Shown: positions 1 through 9,705 of the stretch, piece after piece
Layout of the letters: each line of letters begins with the position of its first letter
How positions within the stretch are numbered: position 1 is the first letter of the stretch
DNA from: an uncultured Spirochaetota bacterium
GTDB lineage: Bacteria; Spirochaetota; Spirochaetia; SZUA-6; Fen-1364
Direction: 5' to 3'
Length of the DNA: 64,000 bases
NCBI GenBank assembly: GCA_963781885.1
Contig: CAWAHW010000002.1
Location: 928,001-992,000, forward strand
Program-made: the position numbers and the translations under genes
The notes under the pieces: generated by a model
What the model saw: the letters and a program-made list of their open reading frames with translations, nothing else
Told to the model about the DNA's origin: nothing
The model's database searches: none

Positions 1-48
1 ATCTCGATCCTGCAATACCGGTTCTATGCGCAGAGGTTCGAGAAATGA
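1..48 (+). CDS. 3' end of probable carbohydrate ABC permease (partial)
   Basis: Frame 1 reads ISILQYRFYAQRFEK*; its stop overlaps the next ATG (ATGA), typical of paired permease genes. Confidence 0.5.
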   Translation: MSILQYRFYAQRFEK

Positions 49-897
49 GCTCCGTCAAGGCCGCGCTGCCGCCCCGCGCCATTCTCGGAAGAACGATCGT
101 CTACGTCTTTCTGATCGCGCTGTCCCTGGTGACACTGTTTCCATTTCTCTGGATGCTCAGCACGTCCCTGAAGACCGAGGGCCAGGCAATCGCGATGCCG
201 CCGCAGCTGATGCCCCACCCGTTCCGTTTCCAGAACTACGTGGAGGCATGGAATCTGCTCCCCTTTGCCCGCTTCTACCTGAACACCGCCGTCATCTCCG
301 TGGCGACTGCGGCCGGTGCGGTGCTTCTGAGCGCCCTTGCCGGCTGATGCGCTGGCCAAATACCGGTTCAGAGGGCAGCAGGCGCTCCTCATGTTCTTCA
401 TCGCCACGATGATGGTTCCCTATTTCGTGAACCTTGTCCCGGTCTATGTCTTGCTGGCGAAGCTGAAATGGCTGGACACCTATCATGGGTTGATCGTGCC
501 GCAGCTTGCGAAGCCTTTCGGGATCTTTCTGATGCGGCAGTATCTCGTGAGCATCCCCTCGGAGTATATCGAGGCTGGACGCATCGACGGCGCCTCCGAG
601 TATCGCATCTTCGGGCGCATCGTCATGCCCCAGTGCCTGCCCGTCCTCGGCACGTTGACGCTCTTCTTCTTCGTCGGGACGTGGAACTCCTTCATGTGGC
701 CCCTGATCGTCACCAACAGCATGAACATGCGGACGGTGACCGTGGGCCTTGCGATGCTTTCGGGAGGCAACAATCGGACGCAGTATGCCCTGCAGATGGC
801 CGCGGCGACGGTGGGCATGATGCCCGCCATCATCGCCTTTCTCATATTCCAGCGATACCTGATCCAGGGGATCGCGTTGACCGGATTGAAAGGGTGA
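45..897 (+). CDS. Carbohydrate ABC transporter permease (MalG-like), frameshifted at ~346
   Basis: ORFs 45..347 and 337..897 join as ...SALAG[Y]ALAKYRF if one G is removed from GGCTGATGCG; EAA-like motif EAGRIDGASEYRIF. Confidence 0.9.
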
Positions 898-901
898 CCG
901 C

Positions 902-2038
902 ATGAGCAATCTTGCCGACCTGTCGCGCCTCAGGAACTATCGATCAAAGAAGCTATCCACGTGGGACCAGACGGGGGGCAATCATGACTTCGTCGTGATC
1001 CCCGCCGGCGCGACGCATCGGCTGCCGGAGATCAAGGGCCCGGGGTGCGTCACCCACATCTGGATGACGGTGGCGTGTGAGGACCTCCTTTATCCGCGCA
1101 AGATGATCATCCGCGCCTACTGGGACGGTGAAGAAAACCCCAGCATCGAGAGCCCGCTCGGCGATTTTTTCGGCGTCGGCCACGGGCAGGTGACCAGCTT
1201 TGTTTCAGCGCCGCTTGCGATGGTCTCCGCCGAGCCTCCGCTGCACAACCGTGCGGCAATGAACTGCTTCTTTCCCATGCCCTTCGCCAGCTCCGCCCGT
1301 TTCGAGATCACCAATGAATGCAGCCGGGACGCCTGGGCGTTTTTCTATCACATCAGCTACGAATTGTACGACGCGCCGCTGGACGCCAATCAGGGGCGCT
1401 TTCACGCCCAGTGGCAGCGGGAAAACCCGTGCCAGGGCTGGGGTGATTTCGGGGTTGCCGATCCGTACCCGTCCTTCCGCACGCACACTGCTGCTGAGCC
1501 GCTGTGGGACACGCCGAATCTCGACGGGGCGGGCAACTACGTCATCCTGGATGCCGTGGGGCGCGGGCATTTTGTCGGCTGCAACCTCAGCGTGCACAAC
1601 ATCACCAACAAGAGCTACACGTGGTGGGGCGAGGGGGATGAGATGATCTTCATCGACGGCGAGCCCTTTCCCCCGTCGATCCATGGTACCGGCAGTGAAG
1701 ACTACTTCTGTTTTGCCTTCTGCCTGCCGGGCAAGCTCAGCACGCCCAATTTCGGCTGTTCCCTGTCCGGTGACCCTCGCAACATGACGGGCAAATGGAC
1801 CCTCTACCGTTATCACGTGGAATCCCCGATAAACTTCCAGCGCTCCATCCGCGTCACCATCGAGCACGGGCACGCGAACAATCGCTCGGACGACTATGCG
1901 AGCGTTGCGTACTGGTATCAGGCGGAGCCTCACCGTGCCTTCCCGCCGATCCTGCCGGTTGCACAGCGCCTGCCGCGGCCAGATCTGCCCCTTCAACTCC
2001 CCGACTGGGAACGGCGCGACCGGCCCATCATCGAGTAG
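902..2038 (+). CDS. DUF2961 / glycoside hydrolase family 172 protein
   Basis: Motifs GPGCVTHIWMT, YWDGEENPS..PLGDFFG, NCFFPMPF, WWGEGDEMIFIDGE, GTGSEDYF, IEHGHAN. Confidence 0.9.
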   Translation: MSNLADLSRLRNYRSKKLSTWDQTGGNHDFVVIPAGATHRLPEIKGPGCVTHIWMTVACEDLLYPRKMIIRAYWDGEENPSIESPLGDFFGVGHGQVTSFVSAPLAMVSAEPPLHNRAAMNCFFPMPFASSARFEITNECSRDAWAFFYHISYELYDAPLDANQGRFHAQWQRENPCQGWGDFGVADPYPSFRTHTAAEPLWDTPNLDGAGNYVILDAVGRGHFVGCNLSVHNITNKSYTWWGEGDEMIFIDGEPFPPSIHGTGSEDYFCFAFCLPGKLSTPNFGCSLSGDPRNMTGKWTLYRYHVESPINFQRSIRVTIEHGHANNRSDDYASVAYWYQAEPHRAFPPILPVAQRLPRPDLPLQLPDWERRDRPIIE

Positions 2039-2041
2039 GCC

Positions 2042-3038
2042 GTGGCCGCCGGCGAGACGATCATGTACCACGAGCCCGGGACGACGCGACGCTTCTGGAT
2101 CGATACCGACACGGCATCTGACGACGCGGTGGCCATTCTCATGGCTCTGCGCTGGCCGGGCGTGCGGGTGGAAGGAATCAGCATTGTTGCCGGCAACGTC
2201 CCGGTGGAACAGGGAAGCATCAACGCCCGCTACACCGTGGAGTTGTGCGGCGCCGATGTACCCGTTCATGAAGGGCTGCACAAGCCGCTCGTGCGGCCGG
2301 CGCGTGATGCGCGCAGCTTCCATGGCTCCGACGGCATGGGGGAGATGCATTATCCGCCGCCGTCGCGCCCGGCGTCCGGCACAGACGCCGTGTCGGCGCT
2401 GCTGTCTGCCTTCGAGCAGACCCCCGGCGCAACTGACGCTGGTGACGTTGGGGCCTCTCACCAATATTGCGACGGCTCTCTGCCTTGAGCCGCGGCTGGC
2501 GCTATGGGTGAAACATTGCGTCGTCATGGGTGGTGCGGCCTGCACGGTGGGAAACGTCACCCCGGCCGCAGAATACAACGTGTGGTGCGATCCCGAGGCG
2601 GCGCATGTCGTCTTTCACTCCGGAATGCCCATCCTGATGGTCGGGTGGGAGATGTGCCGCGGGGAAGCGAACGTCATGGACGCCGACATTTCCTCCCTGC
2701 GGGCACTTCGCTCGCCGTACGCCGATTTCGCCCTTGACTGCAACCGCAGTATCTATGCGGGCAACCGCGCCAAGTACCACGACGCCGGCATCCCGCTCCC
2801 CGATCCGGTGACCATGGCCGTTGCTCTGGACCCTTCCATTTGCGTCCGCAGGAGCTCGTGCTTCGTCGAGGTGTCTCTTGACCAGGACCTGACCCGCGGC
2901 ATGACGGTCGTCGATCAGCTTGGCGTGCTGAAGCGCCCGGCAAACCTGGACGTGTGCTGGGAGATCGATGTCGCGCGGTGGAAAAGAGCGCTCGCCGCGG
3001 CGCTGAACGCGGGGAGCGTCGTCCCCCCGGGCCGTTAG
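2042..3038 (+). CDS. Nucleoside hydrolase (IU-NH family), frameshifted at ~2429
   Basis: N-terminal DTDTASDD (DxDxxxDD) and HGSDGMG in ORF 2042..2488; LGPLTNIA, MGG, GNVTPAAEYN, DPEAA in the overlapping frame ending at 3038. Confidence 0.9.
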
Positions 3039-3070
3039 GGCGCCCGCCGCCGCGTCCGCGTAGCAGCGAT

Positions 3071-3132
3071 TACAATATATTTGAAAAAATAAAATAAATT
3101 GTATTGACAGCGATCCGCCGTTGGAATAGTGT
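3071..3132 (+). promoter_or_regulatory. Sigma70-like promoter of tnaA with AT-rich UP element
   Basis: TTGACA (3104-3109), 17 bp spacer, TAGTGT (3127-3132); the AT-rich tract upstream is bounded by a TACAAT/ATTGTA inverted repeat. Confidence 0.65.
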
Positions 3133-3186
3133 GCGTGTCGGCCGAAAGGCTCGCCGGCGGGGCGCGGTCCGGGAGGAGGGTGCACC

Positions 3187-4578
3187 GTGACAGGAGCAGT
3201 GATGACCATGAGAGCCGAACCGTACAAGATCAAGATGGTCGAGTCTATCAGCCAGATCCCCGCCGGGGAGAGACGGAGGAAGATCGCGGAGGCAGGGTAT
3301 AACGTGTTTGCCTTGAAGGCGGAGGACGTTTACATCGACCTGCTGACCGACAGCGGGACGGGCGCAATGAGCGACGCGCAGTGGGCGGCCATGATGCGGG
3401 GCGACGAGGCCTATGCCGGAAGCAAGAGCTACTTTCATCTGCACGACAGTTGCCGCGAAATCACCGGCTACCCGTTCATGGTGCCCACGCATCAGGGTAG
3501 GGGGGCGGAGAATGTCCTGTTCCCCCTCCTGATCGCGCGGGGCCAGTATGTTCCCGGCAATATGCATTTCGACACCACCATGGCGCACATCGAGCGCTGC
3601 GGCGGCATACCGGTCAACTTCGTCGTGCAGGAGGCCTTCGACACGACGACATACCATCCTTTCAAAGGCAATATCGACGTTGAGAAGCTGGAGAAGTTCA
3701 TCGTGGAGAAGGGCGCGCACCGCTGCGCGTTCATCCTCGTGACCGTGACCTGCAACAGCGCGGGCGGGCAACCCGTGTCGATGCAGAATCTCCGCGCCGT
3801 CAGGAAGCTCGCGGAGAAGCACGGCATCAGGCTCTTCATGGACGCCGCCCGGTTCGCGGAGAACGCTTATTTCATACGGCAGCGGGAGGAAGGTTTTCAG
3901 GACAAGAGCATCGGGGAAATCGTCCGCGAGATGTTCGCCTGCGTCGAAGGCTACACCATGAGCGCCAAGAAGGACGGCCTTGTGAACATTGGCGGGATGA
4001 TCGGTATCCGGGAAGACCGGGAACTGTTCGAGCTTGTGCGATCGAGCCTCGTGCCCGTCGAAGGCTTTCCCACGTACGGAGGCCTGGCCGGTCGCGACAT
4101 GGAGGCCCTGGCAGTCGGCTTGCGCGAAGTCGTGGATGAGCAGTACCTGGAATCGAGGATCGGGCAGGTCGAGCTCCTGGGAAAGCGGCTGCAGGAGGCG
4201 GGGATTCCCATCCAATGCCCGGTGGGCGGGCATGCGGTATTCGTTGATGCGAAGAAGTTCCTGCCCCACATTCCCTATCATCAGTTTCCCGCCCAGGCCC
4301 TTGTCGTGGAGGTGTACCTGGAAGCGGGAGTGCGCGCAGTGGAGGTGGGCTCTTTTCTCCTGGGCAGGGACCCGCTCAGCGGTTCCCAGCTAGAGTCACC
4401 GCTGGAGCTCGCGCGGTTGACCATTCCGCGGCGCGTCTATACCGACAATCACCTTGGCGTCGTTGCCGACGCGCTCGTGAATATCTACAAGCGCCGCGCG
4501 CAGATCAAGGGCCTGCGGATCACGCATGAGCCCAAAGTCCTGCGCCACTTCACCGCCTGCCTTGCGCCGGTGGAGTAA
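3187..4578 (+). CDS. tnaA: Tryptophanase (PLP beta-eliminating lyase)
   Basis: [28 protein letters not shown]-Lys motif SAKKD, C-terminal LRHFTA (His as in TnaA, Phe in tyrosine phenol-lyase); start may be at 3202 or 3208. Confidence 0.88.
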   Translation: MTGAVMTMRAEPYKIKMVESISQIPAGERRRKIAEAGYNVFALKAEDVYIDLLTDSGTGAMSDAQWAAMMRGDEAYAGSKSYFHLHDSCREITGYPFMVPTHQGRGAENVLFPLLIARGQYVPGNMHFDTTMAHIERCGGIPVNFVVQEAFDTTTYHPFKGNIDVEKLEKFIVEKGAHRCAFILVTVTCNSAGGQPVSMQNLRAVRKLAEKHGIRLFMDAARFAENAYFIRQREEGFQDKSIGEIVREMFACVEGYTMSAKKDGLVNIGGMIGIREDRELFELVRSSLVPVEGFPTYGGLAGRDMEALAVGLREVVDEQYLESRIGQVELLGKRLQEAGIPIQCPVGGHAVFVDAKKFLPHIPYHQFPAQALVVEVYLEAGVRAVEVGSFLLGRDPLSGSQLESPLELARLTIPRRVYTDNHLGVVADALVNIYKRRAQIKGLRITHEPKVLRHFTACLAPVE

Positions 4579-4657
4579 GGGACGTCCGCCGCAGACGGCG
4601 CGGGGCGTGTCCGCCGATGCCTCACGACACTTTGAGCGCATGGCTGCCGGTCTTCCG

Positions 4658-5650
4658 CTACTCCCGGAGGTAGCTTTCGACAATCTCCTCGTACTCGCCG
4701 ATGCTTTCCGCCTGGACGACGCTCTGGCGGAGCAGGGAGCCGCCCTCCATCCCCTTCGTGTAGGCCACGAAATGCTTCCGCATGTCGCGGCAGGCCTTCA
4801 GCTCGCCCACCGATTCCGCGAGCAGCCGCAGATGCTGCATGGCCGTGGAGAGGCGCTCCCCGGCGTCGAGGCGCGCGGCGACGCCGCTTCCCGACAGAAG
4901 CTCGATCGTCTGGGCGAAGATGAAGGGGTTGCCCAGGCAGCCGCGCGCGAGCATCACCCCGTCGCAGCCGGTGCGTCTCAGCATGTCGGCGCAATTGCCG
5001 GCCGTGAAAAGATCGCCGGACCCGAAGACGGGAACCGCCGCCGCCTGCTTGAGCGCGCGGATGTGCTCCCACTGTGCGGTGCCGGAGAATGCCTGGGCGC
5101 GCGTGCGCGGATGCAGGGTCACCAGCGAGGCGCCTGCCCGGATCGCGGCGTCTGCGCATGCAAGGTAGGTGAGGGAGGACGAGGTGTCGCCGAGACGAAG
5201 CTTCACCGACAGCGGCAGGTCCGTCTCCGATCTCATCGCGGCGACGATGGACCCGATCAGCGACGGGCTGCGCATCAACGCGGCTCCGCAGTCGGCCTTC
5301 AGGACCTTGGGGACCGAGCATCCGCAGTTCAGGTCGATGATCGCGGGCCCGAGGGGGACGATCCTGCGCACCGCCGCGGCGGCCGTGGTCGGCGCCGACG
5401 CGAAGAGCTGGAAGCCGGTCAGTTTCTCGTTGGGCGCCGTGCGCAGCAGGCGGAGCGTCGTGGCATTGTTCCGCGCCAGCGCGTCGGCGGATACCATCTC
5501 GGTGAAGCAGAGACTGGCGCCGTGACGCACGCAGACCGAGCGGAATGCGGCATCCGTGTACCCTGCCATGGGCGCAAGCCACACGTTGCCGGGCACGTCG
5601 AGTGAGGAGACGCGGACCGGGTGGTAGGGGCCCGGATCAGGACAGTCCAA
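4658..5650 (-). CDS. dusB: tRNA-dihydrouridine synthase (DusB-like)
   Basis: LAPMAGYTD, FTEMVS, IDLNCGC, LHPRT, SGD, GVMLARG..GNPFIF. Confidence 0.9.
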   Translation of the reverse strand: MDCPDPGPYHPVRVSSLDVPGNVWLAPMAGYTDAAFRSVCVRHGASLCFTEMVSADALARNNATTLRLLRTAPNEKLTGFQLFASAPTTAAAAVRRIVPLGPAIIDLNCGCSVPKVLKADCGAALMRSPSLIGSIVAAMRSETDLPLSVKLRLGDTSSSLTYLACADAAIRAGASLVTLHPRTRAQAFSGTAQWEHIRALKQAAAVPVFGSGDLFTAGNCADMLRRTGCDGVMLARGCLGNPFIFAQTIELLSGSGVAARLDAGERLSTAMQHLRLLAESVGELKACRDMRKHFVAYTKGMEGGSLLRQSVVQAESIGEYEEIVESYLRE

Positions 5651-6407
5651 AGACGGTGAGGCTGTTGGCGTACAGGGTCTCGGTCAGCCCTTCCACGGGG
5701 ACTTCCCGCAGCTGGGCGATGAAAGCGGCCGTTTCGTTGATGTAGGACGGCTTGTTGCGCTTGCCGCGGTGGATGGCAGGCACCATGAAGGGAGCTTCGG
5801 ATTCGATGAGCATCCTTTCGACCGGGATCTTTTTCGCCGTGTCCTGGAGATTGCGCGCGTTGCGGTAGGTGACATTGCCGGCGAATGAAATCCACAGATT
5901 CAGGTCCAACGCCTTGCGCGCGTACTCGTAGTCCTCCGAGTAGCAATGGAGAATGCCGCCCCGGCGCGGCAGCCTCTCACGGAGTATCTCCAGCACGTCC
6001 GAGCCTGCGTCGCGATTGTGGATGATGACGGGCAGGTTGAGCTTCTCCGCGAGCTCCAGCTGCCGGATGAAGAGCTCCACCTGCGAGTCCCGATCGCCGA
6101 ACTTCCGATAATAATCGAGACCGATTTCTCCGATGGCAACGACGCGCTCCAGCTTCGTGCCGTCCATGATTTTCGCTTCCCAGTCGTCGCCCGGCTGCTC
6201 CACGGAGGAGGGGGAAACGCCGATGCTATGATAGATCTGCGTCTCGGTTTTCAGGTTTTCGTAGAGTTGCGCAAAGTCGACGAGGTTATTCGAGACCGTG
6301 ACGAGGTGCTGCACCCCTTCCTGACGGGCTTCCTGCACGACAATGAGTTGGTCGATAAGGTCCTCGGTGATAAGACCTATGTGTGCGTGCGTATCGAAAT
6401 AGCGCAT
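5637..6407 (-). CDS. TatD family hydrolase
   Basis: FDTHAH, AIGEIGLDY, PVIIHNR, ILHCYS, GKRNKP. Confidence 0.93.
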   Translation of the reverse strand: MRYFDTHAHIGLITEDLIDQLIVVQEARQEGVQHLVTVSNNLVDFAQLYENLKTETQIYHSIGVSPSSVEQPGDDWEAKIMDGTKLERVVAIGEIGLDYYRKFGDRDSQVELFIRQLELAEKLNLPVIIHNRDAGSDVLEILRERLPRRGGILHCYSEDYEYARKALDLNLWISFAGNVTYRNARNLQDTAKKIPVERMLIESEAPFMVPAIHRGKRNKPSYINETAAFIAQLREVPVEGLTETLYANSLTVFGLS

Positions 6408-6466
6408 ACATCTCCGTCACGAAGCGTTTTCGAAAGAGTTCGTTTCTCATCTCTCGATTTCCGCAA

Positions 6467-6495
6467 AGAATATCACGTTGAGAGTGGCAAGTCAA
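6467..6495 (-). promoter_or_regulatory. Sigma70-like promoter of tatD-dusB
   Basis: Minus strand TTGACT, 17 bp spacer, TATTCT. Confidence 0.6.
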
Positions 6496-6579
6496 ATTTA
6501 TTGTTTCCGGCGCTTTCTGCCGCTCCGGGGACGTTTTTTCCCCCGCGGAGACCTTCCCGGCGACGAATTCCAACACCCT

Positions 6580-6608
6580 TTGACAAAAATCCCGCCCTGT
6601 GGTATTGT
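6580..6608 (+). promoter_or_regulatory. Sigma70-like promoter of the M23 operon
   Basis: TTGACA, 17 bp spacer, TATTGT with extended -10 TG. Confidence 0.65.
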
Positions 6609-6665
6609 TCGACGGTTTCGCTTATACTATCTGACTGAGATCATCGCCTAGGGAAGGAAGACGCC

Positions 6666-7721
6666 TTGCCTGTCACGCAATACAAGAAGGCCGAGAAGGA
6701 AGTTGCCGACAGAATAGGTAACTGGTTCAGGCGCATCTGGCTCGGCATCGGCAACTTTTTCAAATATATCATGGTGAAGGGGAAGCAACGGTTCACCGTC
6801 ATGCTGATCCCCCACTCGGAAAAGAAGATCTTCAATTTCCAGATCTCCTTCTTTACGTTCATATTCGTCACCGCGGCGCTCAGCATCATCCTTGTAAGCT
6901 TCTTCCTTTTGTCCACGCACTTCACCTATACCAATGAGCAGAACGTCAAGCTCACACAGGAACGGGATTCGCTGGAAAAGACGCTCACAAGCCTCAAGGA
7001 CGAGGTGGCGCTCATCCGGACCGCGGGCAAGCATTTTAAGGACAGCATCGACGGCGCCATTGCGGCAAGCCAGAACCTCGACACCGGGACGCCCGTCACG
7101 GCGACCACCGTCGCGTCGAATTTCACAAGCTTCCCGGAGGACTCCTCCAACTCCGCGGAGGACACGCGGGAGCTTTCCGACCTGAAGACGCTCACGGGCC
7201 TCCTGGGCAGCTCCACCGATGCGCTGGACAGCATCACGAAGGTGATGACGGCGTTCCGCGACCTGATGGCCAATACCCCGACGGGCTGGCCGATCAAAGG
7301 CGCAAAAGGGATCGTCACGACCCGTTTCGGCTGGACCACCAATCCGTTCACGGGTCTGGGGTACATGCACATGGGGGTGGACCTTGCCTGGGCGCTGGGG
7401 ACGCCCATCCTCGCCACGGCGGACGGCACCGTGGAGCAGACGAACTACAGCGACGACCTGGGCAACTACGTCACCATCCGCCACAAGTACGGCTTTTACA
7501 CCCGTTATGCGCACATGAGCGCCTTCGCCGGCAAGCGCAAGGGGGACCACGTGAGCCGCGGAGACGTCATCGGCTACATCGGCGTGACCGGCCTCACAAC
7601 GGGCCCGCACGTGCACTACGAGGTGCGTCTGGGCTCCGCCTACATCAACCCCATGGAGTTCCTCTCCATCGCGCCGGAGAACGCGCCCACCATCAGCGTC
7701 GGCGAGAGGAGCAGCGATTGA
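6666..7721 (+). CDS. M23 family metallopeptidase (TM, coiled coil, M23)
   Basis: HMGVD, YTRYAH, TTGPHVHYEV; N-terminal TM helix and coiled coil. Confidence 0.93.
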   Translation: MPVTQYKKAEKEVADRIGNWFRRIWLGIGNFFKYIMVKGKQRFTVMLIPHSEKKIFNFQISFFTFIFVTAALSIILVSFFLLSTHFTYTNEQNVKLTQERDSLEKTLTSLKDEVALIRTAGKHFKDSIDGAIAASQNLDTGTPVTATTVASNFTSFPEDSSNSAEDTRELSDLKTLTGLLGSSTDALDSITKVMTAFRDLMANTPTGWPIKGAKGIVTTRFGWTTNPFTGLGYMHMGVDLAWALGTPILATADGTVEQTNYSDDLGNYVTIRHKYGFYTRYAHMSAFAGKRKGDHVSRGDVIGYIGVTGLTTGPHVHYEVRLGSAYINPMEFLSIAPENAPTISVGERSSD

Positions 7722-8158
7722 GCGATACGCACGTCACCGACGATGCATTCATAAACTCGATCATTGGCGAAGGCACGCGATTCAAGGGCGAGTTCGATCT
7801 CAACGGCCTCCTGCGCATCGATGGCGACTTCACGGGCACCATCCGCACGAAAGGCAAGGTGCTCGTCGGCAAGAACGGACGGGCGGAATGCACGATGAAC
7901 GCCGGCACCGTCGTGGTGGGAGGCGTCATCCGCGGTGAGATCGTCTCCACGGAGAAGGTCATCATCCTTTCCACCGGTCTCGTTCTGGGCAACATCACCA
8001 CACCGCGCCTCATCATCGAGGAAGGCGTCATTTTCAACGGCTCCTGCCGGGTGACGACCCCCCCGGAGCAGCCCCCCCGCGCCGCGGCAGTGAACGGACA
8101 GAAGCCCGTGACGGCCCCGCAGAGGGAGGCCGTGGCTCTCCAGGCGCAGAAGCACTGA
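7718..8158 (+). CDS. Bactofilin (polymer-forming cytoskeletal protein)
   Basis: SIIGEGTRFKGE..LRIDGDFTG..GNITTPRLIIEEGVIFNG. Confidence 0.92.
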   Translation: MSDTHVTDDAFINSIIGEGTRFKGEFDLNGLLRIDGDFTGTIRTKGKVLVGKNGRAECTMNAGTVVVGGVIRGEIVSTEKVIILSTGLVLGNITTPRLIIEEGVIFNGSCRVTTPPEQPPRAAAVNGQKPVTAPQREAVALQAQKH

Positions 8159-8174
8159 AGAGCCCGCCGGGCAC

Positions 8175-8660
8175 ATGGCGCGCATCGATTCCCTGGGAGA
8201 ATCGTACCAGTATCCCGTCCCCGACAGAAAGAAGACCGGCCGCAAGGAGAAGGCGACGCGCCGCGGTTTCTCCGATCTCGTCGAATCCGCCGCGGAATCG
8301 GGGGAGGCTTCCACCGACGACTTTTCCGAGGGCAACCGGCGCCGCGGAATCGAGGAGATGCTGGACGCGGTGTTCGCCGCGGGCGACGCGCTGAAGAAAT
8401 CCCCCACCCTGGAATCCATCAAGGACTACCGGCAGAAGGTGAAGGATTTCGTGACGTACGCGGTGCGTCACAGCATCGCGGTGGAGGAGACGACCTCGGG
8501 CGCCAACATCCTCAAGCGGAAGCGCTTCACGCTCGTGAAGGTGATCGACGAGAAGCTGGAGGCGCTTGCGGCATCGGTCCTGGCCGCGCAGACGGAGCAG
8601 CTGGCGCTCCTGGCGCAGATCGACGAAATCAACGGCCTGCTCGTGAACCTCATGTCATGA
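8175..8660 (+). CDS. YaaR (DUF327) family protein
   Basis: GDALKKSPTLESIKDYRQKVKDF, VIDEKLEALA, IDEINGLLVNL. Confidence 0.85.
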   Translation: MARIDSLGESYQYPVPDRKKTGRKEKATRRGFSDLVESAAESGEASTDDFSEGNRRRGIEEMLDAVFAAGDALKKSPTLESIKDYRQKVKDFVTYAVRHSIAVEETTSGANILKRKRFTLVKVIDEKLEALAASVLAAQTEQLALLAQIDEINGLLVNLMS

Positions 8661-8682
8661 GCGGCCCCTCAGGGAGCATGGT

Positions 8683-9693
8683 GTGATGAGCGACGACGAC
8701 GAGATGATGGACGATCGGGTGGAAGACCGCATGGAGGACGCGCCACCCGTTGACGACGAGCCGCGGCCGTCAACGGGGACGGCGCTGCCCGCCGCACCGC
8801 GCGCGGAAGGCAGCGCGCCCTGGCGCGTGAAGATACTCTATTCCAGCGCCACGGAGTTCTGCGAGGCCCCGGAAGGGATGGACATCGCGGTGGGGACGAT
8901 GATCGTAGTTCCCACCCGCTACGGCAACGAGCTGGGCAAGGTGCTCGGCCGGGAAACGGATTCCGGTGACGTCGGCGCGGAGGTGCGGACGATCGTGCGG
9001 GTGGCGGCCGCCGCCGACCTCTCCCGGGTCCAGGACAACGAGATGAAGCAGGACAAGGCGTACGCCCTCTGCCGGGAGAAGATCGCGGCGCGCAACCTCG
9101 AGATGAAGCTCGTGAGCGCCCATTACCTTCTGGACGAGCAGAAGATCCTCTTCCTCTTTACGGCGGACAGCCGCGTCGACTTCCGCGAGCTCGTGAAGGA
9201 CCTCGTCTCGGTATTCAAGATGCGCATCGAGCTGCGGCAGATCGGCGTGCGTGACGAGGCGCGGGTGGTGGGCGGCCTGGGCATCTGCGGCCGCGCGCTG
9301 TGCTGCAATGCCATCACCGACCGGCTGCGCCCCGTGTCCATCAAGATGGCAAAGGAGCAGAATCTCACGCTCAATTCGATGAAGATATCCGGACCCTGCG
9401 GCCGGCTCCTCTGCTGCCTCTCCTACGAGTTCGACGTCTACAAGGAGGCGCGCCAGAGTCTGCCCTCCATGGGCACCCGCGTCCCCTACGAAGGGGAGGA
9501 GTTCAAGGTGACGGAGTTGGACGTGCTTGCCCGCCGCGTGCGCTTCCAGAGCGAGTCCGGACGGGTGATCGACGTCGGATTCGATTCGCTTCTGCGCAAC
9601 CCCTCCACCCAGGCGTGGGAAATGCGGCCGCGCGTCGGGTCGTCGGGGTCTGCCGCCGAAACGGGTCCGGCGCGGCCCGACGCCGCGCACTGA
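8683..9693 (+). CDS. ricT: PSP1-domain protein (RicT/YaaT)
   Basis: RVDFRELVKDL, RIELRQIGVRDEA, GICGRALCC, KISGPCGRLLCCL.YE. Confidence 0.9.
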   Translation: MMSDDDEMMDDRVEDRMEDAPPVDDEPRPSTGTALPAAPRAEGSAPWRVKILYSSATEFCEAPEGMDIAVGTMIVVPTRYGNELGKVLGRETDSGDVGAEVRTIVRVAAAADLSRVQDNEMKQDKAYALCREKIAARNLEMKLVSAHYLLDEQKILFLFTADSRVDFRELVKDLVSVFKMRIELRQIGVRDEARVVGGLGICGRALCCNAITDRLRPVSIKMAKEQNLTLNSMKISGPCGRLLCCLSYEFDVYKEARQSLPSMGTRVPYEGEEFKVTELDVLARRVRFQSESGRVIDVGFDSLLRNPSTQAWEMRPRVGSSGSAAETGPARPDAAH

Positions 9694-9705
9694 ACGCCGT
9701 CCCGC

